This document shows positions 11,937-23,591 of a DNA stretch of 35,010 nt, one piece after another. This DNA is from Octopus bimaculoides (lineage: Eukaryota). Under the pieces are notes generated by a model. The model saw nothing but the letters and a program-made list of their open reading frames with translations, made no database searches and was not told the origin of the DNA. The translations under genes were made by a program, and so were the position numbers. Numbering within the stretch: position 1 is the stretch's first letter; each line of letters starts with the position of its first letter. The DNA lies in NCBI RefSeq assembly GCF_001194135.2, contig NC_068982.1, positions 8,534,949 to 8,569,958 of the forward strand, read 5' to 3'.

Positions 11937-12718
11937 NNNNNNNNNNNNNNNNNNNNNNNNNNNNNNNNNNNNNNNNNNNNNNNNNNNNNNNNNNNNNNNN
12001 NNNNNNNNNNNNNNNNNNNNNNNNNNNNNNNNNNNNNNNNNNNNNNNNNNNNNNNNNNNNNNNNNNNNNNNNNNNNNNNNNNNNNNNNNNNNNNNNNNNN
12101 NNNNNNNNNNNNNNNNNNNNNNNNNNNNNNNNNNNNNNNNNNNNNNNNNNNNNNNNNNNNNNNNNNNNNNNNNNNNNNNNNNNNNNNNNNNNNNNNNNNN
12201 NNNNNNNNNNNNNNNNNNNNNNNNNNNNNNNNNNNNNNNNNNNNNNNNNNNNNNNNNNNNNNNNNNNNNNNNNNNNNNNNNNNNNNNNNNNNNNNNNNNN
12301 NNNNNNNNNNNNNNNNNNNNNNNNNNNNNNNNNNNNNNNNNNNNNNNNNNNNNNNNNNNNNNNNNNNNNNNNNNNNNNNNNNNNNNNNNNNNNNNNNNNN
12401 NNNNNNNNNNNNNNNNNNNNNNNNNNNNNNNNNNNNNNNNNNNNNNNNNNNNNNNNNNNNNNNNNNNNNNNNNNNNNNNNNNNNNNNNNNNNNNNNNNNN
12501 NNNNNNNNNNNNNNNNNNNNNNNNNNNNNNNNNNNNNNNNNNNNNNNNNNNNNNNNNNNNNNNNNNNNNNNNNNNNNNNNNNNNNNNNNNNNNNNNNNNN
12601 NNNNNNNNNNNNNNNNNNNNNNNNNNNNNNNNNNNNNNNNNNNNNNNNNNNNNNNNNNNNNNNNNNNNNNNNNNNNNNNNNNNNNNNNNNNNNNNNNNNN
12701 NNNNNNNNNNNNNNNNNN
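11937..12718. other. Assembly gap (N run); other gaps at 3262-3549, 13658-13686, 19185-19734, 28606-28872
   Basis: N characters; most gap edges abut (TA)n arrays. Confidence 1.
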
Positions 12719-12869
12719 ATATATATATATATATATATATACATACACATATATATATATGTGTGTATACATACATACACATATATACATACATGCATGC
12801 ATACGTACGTACATACATACATACATACATATATAAATACATACATACATATATAAGTACATACATACA
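12719..12869. repeat. (TA)n/(TACA)n microsatellite
   Basis: Directly visible. Confidence 0.95.
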
Positions 12870-13490
12870 TGGGGCACTGAGATATATAACACGTTGCCTA
12901 AATACCAATCGTGAGAAATGAGTTTTCTCAAAACCAGGATGTAGGCAATTTATACGAAGATCAAGGCCATCACTAGAACTGTAAAACTTTCCAGAAGTTT
13001 ATCATTTAAATATATATGATCATGTCTAGATATGCAACTGTATGCATGAGAATACATACATAAAACGAAACATACGAATCTGCTCATATGCATACAAACA
13101 AACAAACAAACAAAAATCCTCTGTTGATGTTCTTTTAGAAATCCAATGAAGGAGGTTTGGATTTTGGTTAGAAACCAGCTCTTTCTCTATTAGTAAGACA
13201 TCTTGAATCAAAACTGAACAATGACATAAAAACATTCATACAAGAATGGCATATGTAGATGTTTTTCCATACATGCGCTTACATGTAGTCAAGTACAAAT
13301 TCAATGACATATTTACAAATGCCAGGAACAACATCAGCTCAAAGAAGATGTCGTTGTCACATTGTTAGTGATCGATCTGAATTCCGTCAACGAAAAAGGC
13401 TAAAATATGTCTCAAAGAATCATTTTTCATAGATGCACACACTCGTACACACATGAATTATATGTATCTGTATATGTATGTTTAGGCAAG

Positions 13491-13491
<1 letters not shown>

Positions 13492-13534
<43 letters not shown>

Positions 13535-13707
13535 CATATATGTATATGTATATGTAAATACATATATGTATATGTATATGTATATACATATATGTATATG
13601 TATATATATATACATATATGTATATGTATATATATATACATATATGTATATGTATATNNNNNNNNNNNNNNNNNNNNNNNNNNNNNATATATATATATAT
13701 ATATATA
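13492..13707. repeat. (CA)n/(TATATG)n/(TA)n compound microsatellite spanning a short gap
   Basis: Directly visible. Confidence 0.95.
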
Positions 13708-13933
13708 CAGAGAGGGAGTGAAAGAGACAGATGGAGAGATAGAGAAAAAAGGGAGAAAGTGAAAAAGAGGAAGGTATCCAAAAGAAGGAATGAAAGAAAA
13801 TACAATATATGGTTGTTTCTTCCTGAAAAGAGAAAAAAACTGAAGTTTTTTCTGTTAAAATCGTTTCACTTATATTACAAATGATTACTAGAAAGTACTA
13901 TTCTATATTGGGGTGGGGTGAGGAATTGTGTAC

Positions 13934-14046
13934 ATTATTTTCAATGGACGGATAGGTGTCCTGATGAAGGCTGGAGAGTACATCAGCCGAAACGTTGTGA
14001 TAATAACAAACAAGATGAGGACACCTATCTGTCCATTGTGAATAAT
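13934..14046 (+). mobile_element. PLE-type terminal repeat with a hammerhead core, preceded by an inverted copy of its own tail
   Basis: CTGATGA(13961-67)-A-GGCTG...CAGCC-GAAA(13989-92)-CGTT, homologous to 278-357. Arms 13934-13962 and 14018-14046 are reverse complements at 26 of 29 positions. Confidence 0.75.
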
Positions 14047-14655
14047 TACCAGAAAGATATACAAAATTTGGTGCATAGAATTTTCCATTTTTGTAATTAA
14101 ACGCGTACAGTAAGTTTTACATAATATGTAGTTTATTGAAAACTCCATGACGCTGAGTAGCAATTAGGTATAAATGCAGAAAGATTACTAACATCGATGT
14201 GTTGTGAGAATTTGTATGCAAAATATAATGCTATAACACGTTATGTTTGAATAATAGCCGAATATACACGGGAAGAATGCCTTGTAAAATGTACCTAAGC
14301 TGTGACTAACGTTCTTAAACTGAAAATATCTAATATCTTTTTAAATATAACCGCCGTCAATAATGTATCATTTTTAGTCATGGTAAAGTTGTGCTTAAGA
14401 AAATATCATAAAATAATGAATTCCCACAAATTAAGAGCTGCTTTTTGTACTTCACGGAACATAGCACAACTTATAACTACAGAAAATACTATAAGATTAA
14501 ATGATTTCTATAATAAAGGTAAGGAGAATATAACCGATTTATCAAATGGCCACAATAACGAAAGAATTAATTATAGTACTAGATATACCACAACCGAAAG
14601 AAGGGAAGTAACCCTTCGTGACTCCCCAGTGGAGTCTAAAGATATTAGCATGTAA
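14047..14655 (+). pseudogene. Possible heavily decayed Penelope-like RT thumb/linker remnant
   Basis: Translations LVHRIFHFCN and YHKIMNSHKLRAAFCTSRNIAQLITTEN resemble, from recall, the PLE motifs LxxRAxxICS and HKIFNxxxxKxSYSCxxNxxxIIxxHN. The remnant is adjacent to a PLE-type terminal repeat. Confidence 0.3.
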
Positions 14656-15602
14656 ACTATAATAGAAAGAAGCAGTAAGCATAAACGGTAATAGAAACAT
14701 GAATACAAATAATGCAAATATAAATATTGGTATTTATAATAGTAGCAACGACTGTAAAAGAGAAAACGATATAAACATAAATATTGATATGGAAAGCAAT
14801 GTAAAAACGAGAGTAACTCAAAGAACATAATATACAAGCCCAACAGATTTGGTAAGGAAATAAATAATGAATCTAAGTAAGTAATGAAATATATTACTAA
14901 AACTAATATAATTTCTTACAATAAGAATAAACAAAAATGAATAAAAGATAACAAATAAGTACATACCTAGATTTATTGTTCTTACCAATAAATAAGAACA
15001 TATCAAATAAATATATATTGTGAGCATGATATATAGTACAAATGGTATAAGCAAACTACGAACTTGTATAGTTAATGTGGAATTTGCATACAAACATATT
15101 TAACAGTAAAGAATTTGTACCACTAAAAGGGACAGTAGTATTAGGACCTGGTTTCTCTGAACTATGACAATCCCATGTTCAGTGGGGTTGAAAGATCAAC
15201 CCCTAGCTATTTTTAGAACAAGATCCAAGACCACTTGCTAAAATTTAATTTGAATCGACTCCTTCATCCATGAAGATGAATGAAGAAATAGCGGCAAATT
15301 TTGGGAAGTACACCCACACGCGTTTCACTTAGAAAAAAGAAAGACCTCGGATTTTTTGCGTGGGATCAAGTACCCTAACCTCCTAATGTGCCGCAAACCG
15401 GACCTCCCCTATCCAGGAATCATTGGAATTTTTTTCGTTGAATGAATTACGGTGACCTCAGAAATTTCACCTCCCACCCCCAACATTTTACAGAAATACG
15501 TTCTCGAGAGTGTGGAGTACATCGTTCGTAATTAAATGCATATTTGCTACTTGGTACTATATGAATTAGTATGTTAACATGTATATTGTATGTATTTTAT
15601 GC

Positions 15603-15617
15603 TATACATACACATAC

Positions 15618-15663
<46 letters not shown>
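15603..15663. repeat. (TACA)n/(TA)n microsatellite
   Basis: Directly visible. Confidence 0.95.
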
Positions 15664-15668
<5 letters not shown>

Positions 15669-15798
15669 CTTGAGGGAAGGACAGTTAGACTGGCTGACCG
15701 AGGTGGATTCGGTTATGCTTTCAGACCTGTGTCGGTGTGGAACGTTACTAGTCCATGCTTACACGGTTTGCTAGCATATTCATATTTACTACTGGAAT

Positions 15799-15858
15799 AC
15801 AGTACTGATGAAGGAAATTGATTATTTATCAATCATGATCTAGAAACGCGTCTACTGT
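15799..15858 (+). ncRNA. Minimal type-I hammerhead ribozyme motif (PLE-type)
   Basis: Stem I ACAGTA(15799-804)/TACTGT(15853-58); CTGATGA 15805-11; inner stem II hairpin ATTGAT(15817-22)/ATCAAT(15828-33); GAAA 15843-46; palindromic stem III ACGCGT; GTC triplet ending at 15852. The base of stem II is imperfect. Confidence 0.75.
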
Positions 15859-16150
15859 TAAACATCGGAATTGGTTAGTTTTCATTGTTTTTTCTTCTTG
15901 TTTTTGCCTTTGTGAGTTACACGTGATGCTATCTGTGGGATTCTCAGCTTTTTTAGCTGCTATTTCTGAACTTCGGTATATGGTGAAGCAAATATTTGCT
16001 GATCCCTTAATTATATTTATAAATATATATGAGCTTTTAAATAAGTTCTCCACCAATAATGGTGCTTTCATACTGATGGGCTTGGTAAAAATTGTTAATT
16101 GTTAATTGATTTATTAATTAATAAATTGATAATCCTTTACCCTTTTAATT

Positions 16151-16189
<39 letters not shown>

Positions 16190-16963
16190 GTATTCGAACG
16201 CAACATCAGATCATTAAAGTAAATCTTATGCTTAAATCAGATGACATGCTGAGACAAATTGGTTTACATGAAATAGCTGGCTAAATCCTCATGAACAGTC
16301 TTAAATGTTTTTTTTATTTTAACAGTATATCATCCATGTTTCAGCTTCTAAAGTTATTCACAGGAAAATGTGAATACATTCACCAAGACGTCAATCTGCG
16401 GCTAAAATAATCCTCAGAATTAATGAGGAAAGCAGTAATTCATGTATCAAATTATATAGGTCGACTAAATTGAGTTCAAATATTGCACTGTATCACAGAT
16501 AGATTATCGATAAATTCTTTGTATTTCCATTATTTATCGATGTGGTATAATTGATTTAATTTGATTTTTTAAATAATGATGCGGTTAGTGAAGCCTCCGA
16601 TCGGTTCTCATGTAAACCTGAAAATAATATGCGGAGTTTGTTATATAAAAAATTATATAAAAGTTTTAGTCAGCTATTGCACAATTTCGCCAATGCTAAA
16701 TAAAATCTCAAAAATGTAATTAGCGCAAATATTAAGCAACCTTGAAAGAATGAAATGAAAAGACAGTCTCGGTAACATTCAGAACGATGTCCTTAATTCA
16801 AACTGTATAGTTTAATCGGATGCTATATGCAATATAACTGTTTCTAACACTCCACAATTTCAAATGCTTTATTTCGTTTGTAATAGTGATTGTCGGTAAA
16901 TTACAAACGTTCTGTGACCATCAATTCTTCAAAATCATTTTAAGTTGCATTTATTAATTACAA

Positions 16964-17348
16964 CGTGGAGGCGCAATGTCCCAGTGGTTAGGGCAGCGGA
17001 CTCACGGTAATAGGATCGCAGTTTCGATTCCCAGACCGAGCGTTGTGAGTGTCTATTGAGCGAAAACACCTAAAGCTCCACAAGGCTCCGGCAGGGGATG
17101 GTGGCGAACCCTGCTGTACTCTTTCACCACAACTTTCTCTCACTCTTTCTTCCTGTTTCTGTTGTGCCTGTACCTCAAAGGGTCAGCCTTGTCACACTGT
17201 GTCACGCTGAATATCCCCGAGAACTACGTTAAGGGCACACGTGTCTGTGGAGTGCTCAGCCACTTGCACGTTAATTTCACGAGCAGGCTGTTCCGTTGAT
17301 TGGATCAACTGAAACCCTCGACGTCGTAAGCGGCGGAGTGCCATCAAC
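16964..17348 (+). mobile_element. tRNA-derived SINE, family B, apparently full length, with 11-bp target-site duplication
   Basis: A-box-like TGTCCCAGTGGTTAG and B-box-like GTTTCGATTCCC. Flanking direct repeat ATTAATTACAA at 16953-16963 and 17349-17359. Confidence 0.9.
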
Positions 17349-17657
17349 ATTAATTACAATAGATTTACATCAGTGTGTTAGTAATATTGCATGACCCACC
17401 GGAATTATGTCATCTAGATATCTGAAAGCAAGAAAATATGTTCCATTTGTTATTGACAATGCACGAATCCTTTAAAATCGTGGGGGCAGTAAATGATTTC
17501 ATGTAACATTCACATTCATTTTATTACTGTATTATTTTACCGGTGATTTTGTGAAACTATAAGGCACTAAAAGAGAATAACTCTCCCCAGACACAACAGA
17601 ATATGCTTCTACACACGAACTCACATAAAGAATCTTGCAAACCAAATCCCAAAACGA

Positions 17658-17659
<2 letters not shown>

Positions 17660-17715
<56 letters not shown>

Positions 17716-17718
17716 TAT
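17660..17718. repeat. (AT)n microsatellite
   Basis: Directly visible. Confidence 0.95.
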
Positions 17719-17931
17719 ATAAGTAGATGTGTGTATTTTTCCCTTGTTTACAATTAACACAGAAAAAATATATAAACATTTACCAGGGTAGCAAAAAATA
17801 ACACAAGTAAAAACAACGTAACTCCTTATTTTTAAAGGTAGAAACTCCGGGTTTATGTGAAATATTTTGTATGATATATATAAATAAATAAATAAATGGA
17901 GTTAAATGCAGGTGTTATTCAGATTCTTTTA

Positions 17932-18016
17932 CTTGCGACACGTTTCGAAGATATCATTGGTATTATTCCAAAGGAATAAAATGGTGTAAAACAAGGTAAT
18001 CTCCTCTTCAGGGAAA
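17932..18016 (-). ncRNA. Type-I hammerhead ribozyme motif with enlarged stem II
   Basis: Minus strand: TTTCC-CTGAAGA(18011-18005)-GGAGAT...ATCTTC-GAAA(17946-43)-CGT-GTC-GCAAG. Stem II is 6 bp; stem I has one C-C mismatch. Confidence 0.6.
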
Positions 18017-18289
18017 TGAAGAAATTAAACTCGTCAATAAAACATTTTAGCAGAATATGATGAATATATATGTAGTGATGAACTGAACACTATTAAGTTT
18101 TTTTAAAAAAATACGTCAGAGGATATAACGTCAGAGGTAGCCTATAGAAAGAGGAAGGGTAAAGGAGAGAAAAAACCCAAATAAATGAGAAATATAGAAC
18201 GATATGTGAATTAAATAAAACCGTAATGTCTTGGAAAAAGATATATCTAGTGGAAGTGAAATGTAAGAAGAAAATCAATGTTTAAATTA

Positions 18290-18356
18290 TATATAATGGT
18301 AGATCTCACATATATGAAATAAAGGTGTTCATATATGTGAGATCTACCATTATATA
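18290..18356. repeat. Perfect 29-bp inverted repeat with 9-nt loop
   Basis: TATATAATGGTAGATCTCACATATATGAA (18290-318) / TTCATATATGTGAGATCTACCATTATATA (18328-356). Confidence 0.95.
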
Positions 18357-20229
18357 GCACGCTCTATAACCGTATTTACAAGGGGATTTTTTAGAAAAAA
18401 GAATAAAAAATAGTTTACAATTACAAAGAAGACAAAATTCCTTGCCTTTATCGTAAAGGAACGAAATGGAGAGAATCAAACAATCTAAATTAAATTGTTT
18501 ATTATAGTCTTTTAGATACCAATTTAATTTACTAAGCCTTGTACTGTTACGTTTATTCCTATCCCTAAATGTAGAGTAATGATCAGAAATTCTTTTGTCA
18601 TATTCGGATGATCCAACAGGTGAACGGAAAACTTTAATTATATTGGCACAGGGATCATATAAAACCAGTTCAGCAGAATAATTGCATACTATTTCAGACA
18701 GTGATGATAACGAATAAGTGTTGGATTCCTGACTTTCTCTGTCCCAAGGTCAAGTTATTGTCGAGAGAGAAGATGATGAAAACAATATACTGTATATAAA
18801 GAAAAGTATTTATATTTGTCCATTGCGTCAAGTTTCTATTCAGTAGAGAACAGAAATAAAACGGGAGAGAGTTAAACATCAACAATTTAATGCAGCTGTT
18901 TATATTCACAAAAGATATTAATAATTTTTGCTCTGTATAATTTTGTGTAATTAACAAAATATGTGTTCGTGAGTTCATTTAAAATACATAATTTAATGGT
19001 GTATTTAACATGAATATGTATTATAAATACGGCGATAATTTGCAATTTTGATTCGCCTTCTCAATAAAAGGCAATAAACTTACAAGAGATTTCTATTCAC
19101 ACATCTATGAATGTGTAAAATATATAGACTCATACATAAATTTATGTATGTATACAAATGCATATATATATATATATATATATANNNNNNNNNNNNNNNN
19201 NNNNNNNNNNNNNNNNNNNNNNNNNNNNNNNNNNNNNNNNNNNNNNNNNNNNNNNNNNNNNNNNNNNNNNNNNNNNNNNNNNNNNNNNNNNNNNNNNNNN
19301 NNNNNNNNNNNNNNNNNNNNNNNNNNNNNNNNNNNNNNNNNNNNNNNNNNNNNNNNNNNNNNNNNNNNNNNNNNNNNNNNNNNNNNNNNNNNNNNNNNNN
19401 NNNNNNNNNNNNNNNNNNNNNNNNNNNNNNNNNNNNNNNNNNNNNNNNNNNNNNNNNNNNNNNNNNNNNNNNNNNNNNNNNNNNNNNNNNNNNNNNNNNN
19501 NNNNNNNNNNNNNNNNNNNNNNNNNNNNNNNNNNNNNNNNNNNNNNNNNNNNNNNNNNNNNNNNNNNNNNNNNNNNNNNNNNNNNNNNNNNNNNNNNNNN
19601 NNNNNNNNNNNNNNNNNNNNNNNNNNNNNNNNNNNNNNNNNNNNNNNNNNNNNNNNNNNNNNNNNNNNNNNNNNNNNNNNNNNNNNNNNNNNNNNNNNNN
19701 NNNNNNNNNNNNNNNNNNNNNNNNNNNNNNNNNNAATAGTTGGGACAAGATAGACATTTATAGTTGAAATAGGATATGAATTAATGTGGGGTGGTGGAAG
19801 AGAGATGTTGTTTATGAGTAAAACCATAATATTAATGCACACATCTTCAAAAGGACTTTCTAAAATGAAATTCCATTATGCAGCTGAGGAGTACATTTTC
19901 ATTGTACATTCTATGTAGTGTTCTCACTACATGAATAAATGGAGCTTGTGTGAAACGTACGTACTTCTATAACCTATTGAATTTTTGTTGCTTTTCTTCA
20001 AATTTTATTCACCAAATCTCTTGATTTTGTTTTTGGTTTTTACCCTACCAAATTCTGGTGCCTCAAACATTTTAAGTACCACATTTAATCTTTTGATTAA
20101 ATCTATATTATTATAATCTTTATATATATATATATGTATGAACTAGACTATCCGTGACCGTTAGGTCACTGACAGTTCTAGGTTATCAAACATTAAAGCT
20201 GATTTCAGCATTGCATTGAAATGAAAGTT

Positions 20230-20609
20230 AATTTTATGATGATTCCCGTTTTCCTCTTTTGTCGTGAAGCGCGCCTCCACATTGGTGTATCTCCTCCCCC
20301 TCGTAACGTATGTAGTAAATTTTTTCAACCCCTTTATACATTCCTCTATGGTTTCTATCGGCACAATCTCTATTTTTCTTGTTGCTGTCTTCATCGTTTT
20401 AAATGTTACCGTTCTTTTTAACACGTTGGCCGATAATTCTTCAGGTGGCGTTAGCTTCTGGATATTACCTTCCTTAGTGATTAAGTTTTCACTTTCCTTC
20501 ATCTTTCTAGGCTCCACCTTTATCTCGCGGACCTCCAGCTTTTGCAGGTCTACTCCTATGCTCGTTTAGGTCGTATAACTTGGGCCTCCCTCCTGCATGC
20601 AATAACTCT
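20230..20609 (-). mobile_element. Probable fragment of a non-LTR retrotransposon ORF1 (gag-like, L1/Tx1-type)
   Basis: GC-richer island; frame GVDLQKLEVREIKVEPRK...EELSANVLKRTVTFKTMKTATRKIEIVPIETIEECIKGLKKFTTYVTRGRRYTNVEARFTTKEE. The assignment is by recalled resemblance only. Confidence 0.4.
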
Positions 20610-20655
20610 GCTAAGCATTTCGCTCGTCGTGCTAATGTTCTGCCAGCTCGCCGCC
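20610..20655 (-). mobile_element. Isolated 5' head of family-A SINE
   Basis: Minus strand GGCGGCGAGCTGGCAGAACATTAGCACGACGAGCGAAATGCTTAGC matches the heads at 1546 and 21976. Confidence 0.75.
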
Positions 20656-21975
20656 CTTGTTCAGCAAAATATTAGTGCTAATAAGAGCCTTAAATTATGT
20701 ACTTACAAAATCACATGCTCTCTATTGAGATATAAATTCTTACACCATTGGCGTTTTGATCAGCACAATTTCGAAAGAATAGTTACCCGTAACATGTTAG
20801 TTCCAATTAAATCCTTTGAATTGAAATTTCAAATGTGAACGTGTGTTTCATTATGATATGTTTTTATCTAGCAAGTGACGTAAGGCAGAAGATAACTACC
20901 AAATTCTTTTATGCTTTTTATATGTAATTATTTTGTTTGTTTTACTTGTCTTTTTATTACTAATACGAAATCGTGTCAATTTTGTTTTAATTTTGAATCG
21001 CAAAAAATTAACGTGACTAATACTGTAAGAAATGAACATGGCTGTTACATGAAGTCATTTATTGTCCCCTTAAATTTAAATGTCTTCGGCATTCTCAGTA
21101 ACACATGGAATTTACTTTTTGGCTTGCAGTACAATATTGTACTGTGGTACAGTACAATATTTGAACAAAATTCGAGGATATAAAGGCAATATTGATAGAA
21201 GAGGAAAACTACAGAAAATTGAAAGAGATGTGTGGAGAAAAGCACGTTTGTATTGCTAAAGAGTTGTCACCAGTGGTGGATTTAAAAGATATTGAACCAC
21301 TAATGAAGTTCTACTAAAGACAAAAAAAAAAGTATGAAATTAAAAGGAAAAAGAAAGAACAATTGTAAATAATACATATAACGGTTGAAATGGTACTGCA
21401 TGGGAATAGGGCCCATGCGTCCATTTTAATTCTTTTATTTCTATATTACTTTCATTTCATTTACATTCGTTTTATGTTTTTTGTCCCCACTGTGGTCTTG
21501 TCTGTCCTTGTGGAGTCCCCATCTATGTTTAGGGCTTTATGCCTAATAAAGAAATCTGTGCTTAGACTTGAAAAGAATATCTGAACAAAATTTCGTTGAC
21601 CTATATATTTAATATATAAATTATTATTTTCCGAATTAATTCTGAGGATTATTTTAGTTGCCGACTGACTTCTTCATATGTTGGTGCGAATAACTTTAAA
21701 AGCTGAAGCATAGATGATATACTATACAAACATTGTAGACTGTCGATGAGGACATAGCCAGCTATTCAATGTAAACCAAGTTATGTGTTTGTATATCATC
21801 TAATTAAGACATAAAGCTTACTTTAATGATCTGATGAGACATTCGAAGATAGACACGGGGATATACATGATTATTTTCGGCTTTATACAGCAAAAACTAT
21901 TTTAAATAGCACATCTGCTTAGATGCCAGATTTTCTAGAACAAATTATTGTTGATGATATTTAATATGTCAGATA

Positions 21976-22468
21976 GGGAGAACTGGCAGAATCGTCAGCA
22001 CGCCGGGCGAAATGCTTAGCGAGATTTTGTCTGCCGTTACGTTCTGAGTTCAAATTCCGCCGAGGTCGACTTTGCCTTTCATCCTTTCGGGGTCGATTAA
22101 ATAAGTACCAGTTACGCACTGGAGTCGATATAATCGACTTAATCCGTTTGTCTGTCCTTGTTTATCCTCTGTGTGTGTAGCCCCTTGTGGGCAATAAAGA
22201 AATAAGAAACGTTAGCACGTCGAGCTAATTGCTTAGTGGTATTTCGTCTGTCTTTACGTTCTGAGTTCAAATTCCGCCGAAGTCGACTTTGCCTTTCATC
22301 CTTGGGTAATAAAGAAATTGGTATTTCGTTTGTCTTTACGTTCTGAGTTCAAATACCTTTCATCCTTTCGGGGTCGACAAATTAAGTACCAGTTGCGTAC
22401 TGGGTCGATCTAGTCGACTGGCACCCTCCAGCAAAATTTCGGGCCTTGTGTTTAGAGTAGAACGAATA
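21976..22468 (+). mobile_element. Composite (trimeric) family-A SINE
   Basis: Three successive TTACGTTCTGAGTTCAAAT B-box units (~22038, ~22254, ~22336) and two GGGGTCGA...AAGTACCAGTT cores. Confidence 0.9.
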
Positions 22469-23591
22469 TAATCGGAAACTAATTTCGCTACACGCTATAA
22501 ATGAATTAACTGTAGGAATACAAACGTACTTTTTCTCTATTTTTCGCTAAGCGACATTGTTTGCTATCGTTTTTCTATATATTTTTTCACTAAGCGTCAT
22601 AATTTGCCGGGTGAATATGATAACTTTTTTTAGTACAGGAATACTTCGTTTTGTATATTTAAATTTAAATTCAAATGCACCAAAGAGTACCTTAAATTTT
22701 ATCAGCATACACATTGAAAAACCAGAAATATGTCTCGTGGGGGAGCGATTCATGAGACAATACGATATTAAAGAGGCAACACTCTGGCAATGTGTGGCCC
22801 ATTTGATAATGTGGGAAAACACTTTTCATTTGCAGCAACACAAGAATTCACTGAATATAAATCATTATCGCTGAGATACATTCAGCTTTACTTATTTACA
22901 AAGAATTCCATTGTAAAGTAGTGAAACTAAACACAACCAAAATAAAAACAACGGCAAAAACATAATCGACTTTTTCACTGATATACAATATATACAGGTA
23001 TATAGAGATATGCATTCATAGACACATACATGTGGAATACAAATACATTGGATATTATAGCCACCAGAACAAACAAGAGAGCAGTAGAGATCTCACTGGG
23101 ATAAACACAAAATTATGAGATGTGAGAAGTGAGCAAGTCAATGGTAAGAGTGAAATGTAGCATATTGACCTAGAAAATCCGATGTGCTTTATAAGAATTT
23201 TGTGCTTACAATTGATAATATCATCTCATTTCGTTTCTTAACAAATTTTGTGTCTGACAATGAAATATGAATCTTTTCCTTCCTGCACAATCGGCAAGGC
23301 TTTCGTTCACCTGTGTATGAAGCTGAAAATGTTACTACGTTTCATTATAATGAGTTTAAGGATTTTCTAAGTTGCCAAGTGTACTTAGCCAGTGAAGAAG
23401 TGTTGGCCAATTTGGGGTTTCTGATCGAGTGATTATGCGTATAAAAGCGGTGCGTAAAGTTGTCGGACATAACACATATGTATGCGTGAATGTATGTATG
23501 TACATGCTTGTTTGTCGATATCGGTATTTTCATGAGTATAGAAATAAAGTAAAATATAATATACCGTCTTCCTCTAAGGAGTCCAAATAAG

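Noticed and set aside
14594-14636. Hammerhead-like arrangement (AAGGG/CCCTT stem, GACTCC/GGAGTC hairpin ending in GTC)
   Set aside because: Both core boxes are corrupted (CGAAAGA, GTGA) and no stem I forms.
15184-15206. 8-bp hairpin GGGGTTGA/TCAACCCC followed by CTAG, as a possible Helitron 3' end
   Set aside because: CTAG overlaps the stem instead of lying about 10 nt downstream, and no other Helitron feature is seen.
22547-22874. Overlapping 91-aa and 105-aa ORFs on opposite strands
   Set aside because: No recognisable motif or convincing splice pair; left uncalled.
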